Positions 1-10,961 of a DNA stretch of 64,000 bases are shown here, one piece after another (the first letter of the stretch is position 1; each line of letters opens with the position of its first letter). Source of the DNA: Dimorphilus gyrociliatus (Eukaryota; Animalia; Annelida). The position numbers and the translations under genes were made by a program. The stretch is from the NCBI GenBank assembly GCA_904063045.1, contig CAJFCJ010000007.1, forward strand, positions 2,735,404 to 2,799,403. Reading direction: 5' to 3'. The notes under the pieces are model-generated. The model made no database searches, was not told the DNA's origin, and was given only the letters and a program-made list of their open reading frames with translations.

Positions 1-692
1 AACTAAAATTAATAAGAGAAACGAAAGGAGGAATAGACAAAAAGAATGATAGAAAATTATTAAGATTTAAAAGCGAAAGCATATGTGTGTGTGAGTGAGT
101 GTATTTTTTTTTTTAAAAAAACAAATGTGACTTTTTTTTATTTGTATTTACACATAAATTTATATATATTTTTATCTCGAATTTATTCATTTATTTATAT
201 TATAGTATACGTGTATGTGTATTTTATCTACTTTTATTTGGCCATAAATATATATTATATTGAATGGATTAAACTAGAATACTGCTTACTGTACATAGAT
301 AAATTGAAAATGGATTATTATTCTTTCGTGCTTTTTGAGGAAGATAAAATAATTAAGTAAGAATTTTATGTAGGTTTTTTAGTTCGATGTTTATTCAAGC
401 AAGAAAATGCATAGGGTGAGAAGTTTTCAAAAGAGACACAAAGAAAAGAGAGAAAGAGGTATTAAGAAACAAAAATAGAACTATGACTAATAATGAAATA
501 GGCAGAGGTTGCTGAAAAAAAAAATGTTTTCTCTTTTGCATAATGACTCATTATTTCTCTTCTTTTTTTTTGCAGTATATTTGCATAATTATATTAATTA
601 ATTACAAAGTCCTTTTTTGTAACCAGTACATATTATTTTATCTATTTTTTTCTCTTTATTTTCCAGATTAAAAGTGCAATCAATTCTCTCTT

Positions 693-694
<2 letters not shown>

Positions 695-726
<32 letters not shown>
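695..726. repeat. (CT)16 microsatellite
   Basis: Direct read of 16 consecutive CT units. Similar CT/GA/TA tracts occur near 3177-3206, 4610-4632, 5686-5709, 38755-38785, 41458-41480 and 43925-43950. Confidence 0.95.
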
Positions 727-728
<2 letters not shown>

Positions 729-927
729 TTTCAACAGAGTTTTTTTTTCTGTGTCTCATCCCCTTTAAAATAGACGAATTAAAAAAAGTTTTTAGACGTT
801 CATACGCCCAAGTCTATATAGGCAGAAAAAGAGAATAGAAAACAAGACTATTCCTTCTCTAAGCTTAATCAATACTGTTACGGCTGCATGCAAAAAATTG
901 AAATTTCATTGGAACGCTATGATGCTA

Positions 928-2238
928 TTAAATATCTGTTGTTTCGTCAACTTTCTTTATCCAAGGCCATTTTTTTTCTTTATAGATTTTAACTAAAAGG
1001 CGTGTAATGACGGCTGCTGCTGGTATTAGGGCACCGGCAAACATGTATATGACAGGAGCAACTCCGGCAAGGTCAGACTCTGGCGAATCGTATGTCAGCT
1101 GAATCATTAGAAGAGATAGTGCCATATTTTGAAAACCAGTTTCTAGACCAATAGTGATTGCTTTATCTCTACCTTGTCTGAATATAAACCCAGCCGAAGT
1201 TCCCAATATATAACCGATACTTGAGAGCAATATAACTCCTAAGTATTCTCTCCAAGTGGCAACTTGGAGAGCGTAGTAGTATACATAGATGCCAAATGAT
1301 AAAAATACTAAGCCAATAATAACAATGAACGGCTTCAAATATTTTTCGATGACATTGGAAATCTTGACTGCAAAATTTGTCAGAACAACTCCTATTAAAA
1401 CTGGAACAATTACAGCTGCTAAAGAAGTAAAGACATTAACAACTGGAATCTCAATTTTAGCTCCATCGTCTATAATAAATCTACTAAGTGCCCACAACCA
1501 AAATGGAGTTGTTCCGAGAGCGGTAAAAGTCGATATGGTTGTCATAATAATACTTAATTCTAGGCTTGCATCCAGTAAAACCGCAAACACATTACTTCCT
1601 GCTCCACCGGGCGAACAGCCAATACTAACTAAACCAATTGATGGATAAGAGGACATTTTTAACATTCTGGTCAAGAGAAGAGAAACTGGTGCCATTATTA
1701 AAAATTGACATAAAAATCCAATTATTGGCGCAACTGGTTTCTTTAAAATTTCTTTGATTTCTTTCCATTTAAGTTTACAACCAAAGCCAATATTATTAAA
1801 AACTATTAAAATTCCCAAGGTTATCTGAAAAGCCAACTCTAATTTTTTTGCATTTGGTCGTTTAACCTTAACTTTTATTGGTGGACCAACTTCACAATTT
1901 GAATTCTCACCAGATGGCAATAATCTAATTTTAGTTATTCCAAGTCTTTCTGCATTTATCTTAATATTTATCCTTTGGAATCCATTTTCTATTAGGATAA
2001 AATTATTTTGTCTATTATCGAAGGATGCAACATTATAGTCATCCGACTTGAACGATACTTGATTAGCATGAGGAAGGTTGGTTACATTTAATATAATTTG
2101 CTTTTGAATAGCGTTATCTCCCGCTGTAAGGTAGATTACATTCGATTCAGTTGTATTTGAAACTATAACGTCTATTTTACACTGTTCATAAGGTGCTATT
2201 AATATAGTTATTAATGAAAGAATACCCAAAGTCTCCAT
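928..2238 (-). CDS. SLC10A-family sodium/bile-acid cotransporter (SLC10A3/5-like), 436 aa, single coding exon
   Basis: N-terminal signal peptide and extracellular domain, then multiple TM helices. Family motifs GCSPGGAGSN and IGLETGFQN are present. A candidate 5'UTR intron runs from 2502 to 2278 (GTAAGT...TTTTGGCAG). Confidence 0.92.
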   Translation of the reverse strand: METLGILSLITILIAPYEQCKIDVIVSNTTESNVIYLTAGDNAIQKQIILNVTNLPHANQVSFKSDDYNVASFDNRQNNFILIENGFQRINIKINAERLGITKIRLLPSGENSNCEVGPPIKVKVKRPNAKKLELAFQITLGILIVFNNIGFGCKLKWKEIKEILKKPVAPIIGFLCQFLIMAPVSLLLTRMLKMSSYPSIGLVSIGCSPGGAGSNVFAVLLDASLELSIIMTTISTFTALGTTPFWLWALSRFIIDDGAKIEIPVVNVFTSLAAVIVPVLIGVVLTNFAVKISNVIEKYLKPFIVIIGLVFLSFGIYVYYYALQVATWREYLGVILLSSIGYILGTSAGFIFRQGRDKAITIGLETGFQNMALSLLMIQLTYDSPESDLAGVAPVIYMFAGALIPAAAVITRLLVKIYKEKKWPWIKKVDETTDI

Positions 2239-2564
2239 TTCTCATTTGATAACAATCAATAAAGAACTTGGTAAAATCTGCCAAAAGAATAAATCTAAAT
2301 CAAGCGTAGGAAACCTTAATAGCTTCTTACATAATTACATCTTTCTTTATATACATCAAGGGAAGTTAAGAGGAGAGAAAGAAAACGGAGAAGAGAATGG
2401 AGAGAATGATTTCAATAATCGATGTATCTCTCTCATATCTCATTTCTTTATTTGTAATTTTTAAACTCTATATAGGGTATAAATTTTCAACGCAACACTT
2501 ACTTTGTTTCAGTTGTTATTCACTTGGGTAAGAACTCTTTCCGATTTGTTTTTTTGATGCAGTG

Positions 2565-2582
2565 GTGCTGCACTCTAGTCGG
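2565..2582 (-). promoter_or_regulatory. CTCF-like motif near putative SLC10A promoter
   Basis: Minus strand CCGACTAGAGTGCAGCAC resembles the CTCF consensus CCACTAGAGGGCAGCA. Motif match only. Confidence 0.3.
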
Positions 2583-5500
2583 TTAATACGATTTACAAAG
2601 CGAAAACACATCGATAGCTATCCTTGGTCACCTTTTTTCTATCTGTCGTTGCTTCAGTACAACTGTAAATTTTCAACAAGTGTATGTGACTAATATATAA
2701 TATCTCAAGGGCATATTATAGGCGTACCAAAGTCAAATAATAAATATCTTGAATGAATAGAGGGAAGAAAGAAAAAGAGAACGAAAGAAAGTTTGAGAAT
2801 ATGTCTATGAAGAGACTGAAAAGGAGTATAAATGTATTTGTGTGTGTGTGTGTGTGAGTGTGTGTGAGTGAGAAAGAGAGAGAGAAAACAAGGAAAAGGG
2901 AGATTAGTATTAACCGTAAAGAACGTACTGTATATATATATGTCGATTTTATAAACGTTATACAGTATAGTTGGGTGAATAACCTCGATCCTTTGAAAAT
3001 TTATTCTATGAAAAAAAACTTACACAGTGCAAATCTCACTAATTTGTACAGGTGTGTATTTTTTTAAAGTATTTAAGATACTTAATTCACCGTAAAAGTA
3101 GTATTTATCAGGTTCTTGTTAAAAAATATCCCTCATGAGAATTATTCCATTTTGAATGTATTGAATTCTTTATATTCTCTCTCTCTCTCTCTCTCTCTCC
3201 CTCTCTCTTTATATATATATATAGTCTATAAATAAGAAATTAATAAATAAACAAAATACTAGAAAAATAAAAACAAATGAAAAGGTTACGAGAAAGAAAA
3301 TCTGATGATTTTTGTAAATAAGATAGTCATTATTGACGTTGGAAAAGGATGTATTTAGTTAATTTCTGTTTTATCAAGAAACCTCTTCTACTATTGTTAT
3401 TTCAGGAGTTTTTTTTCTCGAGGCTCTCTTTGAAAAAGGACTACCGTTCGTGTTTCTTTTTGATGACACGCATACTTGCGTTAACTTTCAAAATATACTG
3501 TAAATAATCTAAAGGGAGTATTGAGGTCCTGGACGAAAACATAATCGTTGTGTATTCCTTTATTTTCTTTTTCTTCATTCGGGTTCTCTCTCTCTCTGTT
3601 TCTTTCTTTCTTTCTTAAGCTCACCTGCCTTCCCTCTATAGCCTTCTTCTCCACATGTTGCACCCTCTCTCATCTCCCCTTCCACCTCCTCTTTTCTTAT
3701 AGCATAAAACACTACCCCCTACTAACTTTTCTTTTCTTATTAATTAATACTCAGCCACAAGAATACGAAAGTGGAATTTTTATGTAATACTGTTTACATT
3801 GCAGTCTAGAAATAAGCTTGCGACAATAAATCGTCATTCTCTCAGCAATGGATTAAATGACAATGATAAACAGTCTACTTCTTAATCTTTATTATGAAAT
3901 ATTCTATTAGAAAGGGTGTTGAGATGTATATAAAATAGTAGCATTATGCAATGAGATTTATGGTAATAATAATGAAAAAGAGAGAAAGGAAAAAAGAAAA
4001 AGAAGAAGAAGATAATTTGGATCTTAAAAAAATCATTTCCATTTTCCTTATTTATTAATTTCTAACGCCTTTAATAAAAGTGTAAAATCTCATTTACTAC
4101 TCACTGACTCTCTCCCTCATAGAATATATTTTTACAGCTTTTTCCCTTTGACCGTTACAATGCGAGCGAATTTCTCTCTTCCTTCTCCCGACCATCATTC
4201 TTCTCTTCCACAACATCTACTTAGTTGCAACTTTTTAAGCTCCTTCTTCCTGTAGCATTTTTACGGTGTTGTCTTTGAAAAAGTTGATGACAATAACTCA
4301 ATCAATATTCGTATTAGTTTGCTGTTTATAATATCGATAAGCTTTTTCGGGGACAATCAAGTAGTAAACAACTATATTAAATCAATTCAATGTTGCTCTT
4401 AGCTCCTTTATCCTCTACCTCGCCAAACCGTTATGTACTTAATTTTAGGACAAAAAAATTATTAAGTTTGCTTTATTGCCAAATTAATCATATATTTTCT
4501 TTTTATTAGAAATATCATAGTAAAAATAAAAAGATTTACAAACTAATCACGTGATGCCGCTTTTCTATTGAAGACGAAGAAGAATATTTCATTTTCTTAT
4601 ATATACAGTATATGTATATATATATATATATATACTGTATAAAGAATATTTAAACTGTTTGTATCTTCAGATGATACAGAACTGTGATTGAGATTAATAA
4701 CTTGGATGATTTCTACAAGCTTAGGTAAGTAAATACTTAATCTTGTTTGTCATATGAATGAAAGAAACAGGTAATCATAAATAACTAATGTTTATTTATA
4801 TAGATTAAAGAGTCTTTTTTTCCTTTTGAATAAGAAATGATGAAATGAAACGTAAAAAAAAAAAAATGTTTACAATTGCAAACAATTAAACAAAGGAAAC
4901 TATTAATCTTATCTAAAATGACTGGGATACTACTCAGAATTATCAAGAGAATTCAGATAAATAATGAATTAAGTTTTCAATACTATTATAAAACTTTTTA
5001 ATTGGAAGAAGTCGTTTGTTTGCCTTTTTTCCTTGTTAATGATATAATTGACAAGATTAATCCTGTATTTTTTATGTAATATATTCCATAGTTTGCACGG
5101 TTTTCTAACATTTTAAAGATTCAATTTAATTTTCTTTTCTTTAGTAAATACAAAGGGAAAATAGGCAAATATAATGCTCTGTTTATGAGAAATATACATA
5201 TAGAATATAACTGGGCGTTGGTATATAGTTTTTCATTATACCTGCTTTCTTCGTGTATAACTACTGCTTAAAACTATCAAGGCTTGCCAATGTAGTAATT
5301 GGTTAAGTAATTAGATTAACTGATACATTAATTATCACTTCATAATTTGGTAAAAACATGTGCAAAGCCTTATTAAAATCTTTCTCATGTATAAGTTTCA
5401 CTAGTTTGTCACTTTTACAATTAATTACCGTTTCTTGGGAAATTTTTTCCTTCAATACTAATGTCACTCATTAGCATGATCTATTGAAATATTTCTTTAA

Positions 5501-5644
5501 TAATTTTATAATGCACTATTGAATATCAAATTTGTCTTACCTTCAGTTTGTCATATATTTTTAAATGTTATTTATAATGTATAAACTATTTGTAACATAA
5601 TATACAAACATATATTATTATTAATTAATTGACGATCAGACGTT

Positions 5645-5657
5645 CACAGATGGCGCT
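5645..5657 (+). promoter_or_regulatory. CTCF-like core
   Basis: CACAGATGGCGCT matches the YAGRTGGCGC core; it is an isolated GC-rich word in AT-rich DNA. Confidence 0.4.
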
Positions 5658-6186
5658 TAGAAGGTTAAAGATAGCAAGAGAAAGAGTGAGAGAGAGAGAG
5701 AGAGAGAGAATGAGAAAAAAAACTTATCCAGGTAACTAAAGAACTATTTAATGTTTCTGTTAATGGAAGGAGAAGGAGAAGATTATCCTCAAAAATTTTC
5801 CACACAGAAGCTGGATTTTGTTAAAGTGAAGCAATTTGCAGAACATAGCGCCTACGGGTTCCAATTAGATGCCTTTACTCTTGTTATATATTTCAAATAA
5901 TGTGTTCGAATCGATGAAAAATAGTTTTACCATTGCATCACTAAAAAGTTACAGTTGAAAAGAAAAAAAAGGAAAGCAAGAAAGACTATGTACTATTAGA
6001 GTAAAAGGAGTTTATGCAGTATATGTATACTGTATATAATCTTTATTACACCCCCGTCGTATACACGTATATAATACTATTAGTTACCTCTTTCAGTATA
6101 AATTTTCTTGAAATATCTCTTTAATTTTTGTTTATGTAAAGAATATAAATATTATATACAACACAAAAAAAAACGATCGATATAAC

Positions 6187-8990
6187 TTATACGCTAAATA
6201 AATTCTCACAAGACCTCGACGGTTTCGAACGGAGTCTAGAGAGAACTTTATGCCGAGACTTGCTTACCAAACAACCCATAGAGTCGTCCATACATTCTGT
6301 AATTCCGCTCGACTTTCGGTGTTTTGTCTCTTCTTCCAATTGTTTCTTTTCACTTAATCTAATTTGACGGAGAATACCGACAAGAAGATCGTCTACTTTG
6401 TGTGATAGTAGGGCGGAAACTTCAATATATTTGCAGCCGTACATCTTGCTCGCCGATCGACCTTCTGAATAATAGAAAAAAGATGAGTGAATGATAAATA
6501 CACTACAAGTGCCAATGCAATCTGCTTCCGTATAGTATAATCGTGAAGTAGACGGCTTTATAATAGAGGTGATATGGCTTCTGCCTGCGAGACTCTTATA
6601 TATACTATATATATACTGATATAGCACTTTCTACAGCATTTATATATATAGTTTGAAAAAGGTGCGTCTCTAAAAGATTGATGGCCGACCTTTGCAAAAA
6701 ATATTAGTTTAGTACTCACCATCTTCGGCGACGATCCTAACACGAACTAAATCACTCTTATTCCCAACTAGAATTATACTCCTGTCGTTTTTCATTACTT
6801 TCCTCAGAACATATAGCCTATCAATAGCCTTTTCGAAGCTCTTTCGATCCATTAAGGAATAGACGACAACGTATATATCAGCGGATCGTCCTCCCCTGAT
6901 GGCATCCTCCTCCTCGCAAGATTTCAAGTCTACAAATTCCATAGCCGATTCTTCGCCGTCCAAAATTACAGAAACTATACATTCGTTCTCCTCATCTGTA
7001 CCAAGTATTATATTCATTAAGCACTAATATAGCCGTAACACGTAACACAATAATAGAACATTAATGTTTCCTCATAATGCAAAGTACAAGTATATTTGCT
7101 GTATATCTTCCTTATAAACTACCCTCATTAACTCTTACAGTATATAAATTGTTGCGAGTCCTGGACAACTTGTTATATCTTACACCATAATATTTCCATT
7201 CTTCTTTCATCATTCTGTTTGACGTTTCCCATTTTCTCCCTACTTAAATACCTTTTTTCTACGCAGTCGAGTGCTAAGTACGCTAAGTACTTTACTTACA
7301 TGCCAGCCATTTCGACGCGGTTGCGTCCTAGATATATTGGAAAGAATAACCACTTTTTTCCTTCAATTTGCTGATCACGTAGGCCTATTTATAACAGGAT
7401 TCATAAATTCGATTCGCATAGGCCCTCGCTCGTCTAGCGACACAATTTGCTCCAATTTCTCTTACCCTCCGCCCTCTCACCCCACTTTTCTTTTTCACTC
7501 ATTTCATTCGCTCTCATATTCAAGGGTTTCTTTGCAAGTTTGGGTACTAGGCGTAAGTAAAAGGACGCTTGTTTACGCGCTTATGCACCAAGCGTCGCTT
7601 AAAACGTCACGTACAACACTCGGTATGATACACCAGCGTTTGTATACATAGGGCATTAACTCTTCAATCTTATAGTATATTAAAGGTGTTTCTATGGGAA
7701 CGACGACGTTCAGATAAAACAGCAACAGACTGTTGCTTATTGTAATTATAGTAATTCTTTTTTTTCTATTAAATACAATTAAAACGATTCCTAATTAACA
7801 TCATAGTTAGTATGTCGACGCAGCACTAAATGAACCGTATACCTAGGCGTGTCCTCAATTTGCAACCTTCCCCCCCCCTTCACTTTCTCTCTCCAATGCT
7901 CTGCCTCCTTCTCAATCTAGTACGGTATCAAATAATTATCTGAATTTATATATTTACCGAAGCTCGTTTCCGCTCCAATATATTCGCTTGTTAAAAATTG
8001 CCTAGTCAGCGATGTTCTACCAACTCCAGGGGCGCCAATCATGAGAACTTTATATGAAGCTGTTGAAATTTCAGGACTACCAATAGAACTTTGAGAATTA
8101 AAGCTGGATGCTCGTGAACGACAAATTACATCCCCGGAAATATCACTACCAATTGAACTAGATGATCCAAATACTCTGGACACGACCGTATCTCCTTCGT
8201 GATTAACAACCCCTTTCCGTGAAACAGAAAAAGATCTACGGCGAATAGTCGCCACTCGAATTTGATCTTCACAAGGAGATTGAACAGTAGGCGATTGGGG
8301 AGGCAACCTAAGTGTATTTGTGCTTCCTGACATATCATTGTCGGGGGCACTACCGTAGCGCTCTCGCCCTATAGTTGAAGTACGAGGAGAAGGAGACCTT
8401 TCCTCTTTATCTAATGAAAGAACTTGGGTGAATTGTAATTCTGGTATTTGATACGAGTTTTTATCCTGCATTAGTAAAATATCCCGACCGTCTGTGCTTG
8501 CTGCTGAGAAGCGGCGTCCTCGCTCATGGACACTTTGAATGAGCTGAGCAATTGTACCCATCTTCAGCGACTTAGGCCTCTTAGCTGGTGACTTTCCGCT
8601 ATTCCCTTTCAAACGAGATTTTCGTCGGGGAGGTGACGGGGATTGATTTTGCACTTGGGATACTTTTTCCTTTAGGCGACGACGCGATCTTCTATTAGAA
8701 ACTGAACGCGATCTTGGAGTTTCTTCCTTTTTGAGATAAGGCCGAGTTGAAGTTCGAAGAGATCTTGACCTCCTCAGGTCATCTTCATCACTTGCAGTTA
8801 CGCGTAAAGAATTCGAAGCTTTTAGCGAAACGGATTTATGTCGACAAATCCAATCGGAACATTCGCAATCGGTGTTTAAAGTACTTCTCCGCCTAGAAAG
8901 TTCTTGAGAACTATATAAAGAACCTCCGGAACAGGCTCTTTGTCGAAATTCCTCAAACTCGTCGATAGACCGTTCCCTCTCGTTCATCAT
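6187..8990 (-). CDS. RGK-family (Rad/Gem/Rem-like) small GTPase, paralogue 1, 528 aa
   Basis: Exons 8990-7958, 6995-6720, 6464-6187 (1587 nt). Long Ser/Arg-rich N-terminus, P-loop GAPGVGRT, VILDGEE..FVD, GNKSDL and IEVSA motifs, basic tail, and C-terminal SCENLFSV with the RGK Cys at -7. The real ATG is 8990; the ORF track starts at an upstream TTG. Confidence 0.92.
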
Positions 8991-9149
8991 ATTGGAATGA
9001 AGTGATTCGCCGGCGCAAAAAATAATTCTAGAGTGGTTACGCGTTCCGCATCGTCGAATAACACACTTTATTTCCAATAGAAGTCTATATATATTGTCCT
9101 AATCCATTCACACGCCTATTTACATTCTAATTACACGACAGTCAGTTGC

Positions 9150-10961
9150 CTACAATAAATCGGAATTCTCGTATAAAAAAACTCGCATATTGACACGGTC
9201 TGTTGGGATGATGCTCCTCTTCGATGTAACGGTTTTTCCAGCTTCTGTATAAATGCGACTCGGCGGTATAGCACTTGCTGGAATAGATAAATACTTCTTC
9301 GCCAACCAACTTAACTTCTCGAAGCGTTTCTCGTTACTCTTCCACCATTCTAGTGGATTTTCCATACGATTAATCAATTTATCTTGAAAGTACTGTCGAA
9401 TTTCGTATTCGTTCGATGATTTGGCGTTTTCGGCTTGAGTTCGGCTTTGGTCGAAAAAATCCCAAAGTGCGTCGCAATCTTCTTCCATCGATTGTTCAAT
9501 AATTTCCACACGGACCGAAGGAGATTCGATAGCGCTGATTTCCTGTTGAAGTTTTGATATTGTCTCGTCCGAGAATTTCTTTTCACTAAATGGTAATTGT
9601 TTAAATCTCGGATCAAGTATAGATGAACTTGAAAGGATAGTATTTGTTTCAACTTGGCCGTAAAAGTTTTTGAGCCGCTTTAATAAGTTGTGCTGTAACC
9701 TTCTCGCGTAATATGATGAAGAACCTGAGACTTTCTTTAAGAGACTTCTTGCCAAAGGGAGGACTTTTGAGACGCCTGTGAATTTCTCCTTTAATAATTC
9801 CCTTACTGCTACATCGAAAGGCTTTAGGACAGAAACGATATCAGCCATTACTTCTAGTTCCTCAGCCATAATCTTTGAAGCTTGATCGAAATGATCTACT
9901 GTACCGTTAATGGCCAATTGATGTTCAACTATTCGTTCGAACATGTGGTAAATCGAATCCCATTTATCGTAGCCAAACGTTATTTTTGTCTCGGGTAATT
10001 GAAAGGCTCGTTGCTGTTGAGTAAGAATACTTTCAGCCTTAGAGTTGGTCTCGAAAATAGCAGCTACATCTTTACATTTTATTAGAAGATGGCGTATTGA
10101 TCCGACTTCTTCATCTGCTAGTAGAGTTTCATCTAATGCTGTATCAAGTACTTGAGAGAAACAAGAGAAATGAGTCCACGTTGCAATTTCGGCGGCCTCT
10201 TTAACATCCTGAGCACTACGGCTAACCATACAACTAATTTTATTTGACAATTTCCAACTTTGGGCAACTTCTTTCAAACATACCGCTAAATCATCGGCTC
10301 TACAAGCCTGCTCGCTTTTTCTAGTCTCCAATACGTAAGACTTCATCCTCCAATCGCTATCAATAAAATGACAATATATTGTAAGAAATGTTTCAGGTTT
10401 TCCGCAGGTCCAAACATCTGTTGATAAAGCAACAAAGCTAGCTTTAGATAGAGACGATTGTAGTTTATTTTTAACTGCTTCGTATTTGGTAGGTAACAAA
10501 TCATCAATAAGATGATATGAATTTGGCATTTCGTACGAACTATCTAAAACTTTTACAAAATTCTTAAAACCAATATCGTCAACCATAGAAGATGGTGCCA
10601 TGTCTATTGCAATCATATTTACAAGGGAGTTTGTCAATTTCTGATTCCTTTTTGCGTTTTTAATCTTGGGAGTTTCTATTTCTGGCGCTTTTATTTCTGC
10701 TTTTATGATAGCTTTCGATGTTTTTCGAATTTTGGGTGATCCAATTTGTTCTGTTGCCTGCATCATTTCAACTTCATCATAACTCGCTTTGTGTGCCTTT
10801 TTTAAATGATTGAATAAGTTTGTGGTATTTCCCGACGTTCGCACTATTTCGTTACAAATAGTGCAGACAGCAGCCTTCTGCCCAGGGTCTGCCGAGAAAT
10901 AATGCCATACAGCGCTCTTCCTTCTCTTTTTCTTAGTCTGACTAACGCCTATCTGCAGCAT
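9150..10961 (-). CDS. hAT-transposase-derived ZBED-like protein, probably domesticated and catalytically dead, 603 aa
   Basis: BED finger (SAVWHYF..CTIC..NLFNHLKKAH), DMAP..GF dimerisation segment, STDVWT and hATC domain (PLEWWK..LAKKYLSIPAS). Splice acceptor 5 nt before the ATG (10967) and a candidate upstream donor AG|GTGAGA at 11239. No terminal inverted repeats seen. Confidence 0.9.
   Translation of the reverse strand: MLQIGVSQTKKKRRKSAVWHYFSADPGQKAAVCTICNEIVRTSGNTTNLFNHLKKAHKASYDEVEMMQATEQIGSPKIRKTSKAIIKAEIKAPEIETPKIKNAKRNQKLTNSLVNMIAIDMAPSSMVDDIGFKNFVKVLDSSYEMPNSYHLIDDLLPTKYEAVKNKLQSSLSKASFVALSTDVWTCGKPETFLTIYCHFIDSDWRMKSYVLETRKSEQACRADDLAVCLKEVAQSWKLSNKISCMVSRSAQDVKEAAEIATWTHFSCFSQVLDTALDETLLADEEVGSIRHLLIKCKDVAAIFETNSKAESILTQQQRAFQLPETKITFGYDKWDSIYHMFERIVEHQLAINGTVDHFDQASKIMAEELEVMADIVSVLKPFDVAVRELLKEKFTGVSKVLPLARSLLKKVSGSSSYYARRLQHNLLKRLKNFYGQVETNTILSSSSILDPRFKQLPFSEKKFSDETISKLQQEISAIESPSVRVEIIEQSMEEDCDALWDFFDQSRTQAENAKSSNEYEIRQYFQDKLINRMENPLEWWKSNEKRFEKLSWLAKKYLSIPASAIPPSRIYTEAGKTVTSKRSIIPTDRVNMRVFLYENSDLL

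Noticed and set aside
85-360. 91-aa plus-strand ORF
   Set aside because: Ile/Tyr/Phe-rich translation of AT-rich low-complexity DNA with a non-ATG start. The same applies to ORFs at 48915-49339, 53700-53954 and 63560-63889.
1289-1648. Antisense and shadow ORFs over real genes (also 13473-15857, 37409-37690, 42724-43294, 50676-51921, 54399-54632)
   Set aside because: These are opposite-strand or alternate-frame by-products of long coding exons with no independent motifs.
4149-4163. TGACCGTTACAATG, resembling miR-2001
   Set aside because: The seed differs and no complementary arm lies nearby to form a hairpin.
4837-4960. ATGATGA as a possible C/D snoRNA C box
   Set aside because: No CTGA D box or terminal stem within about 120 nt.
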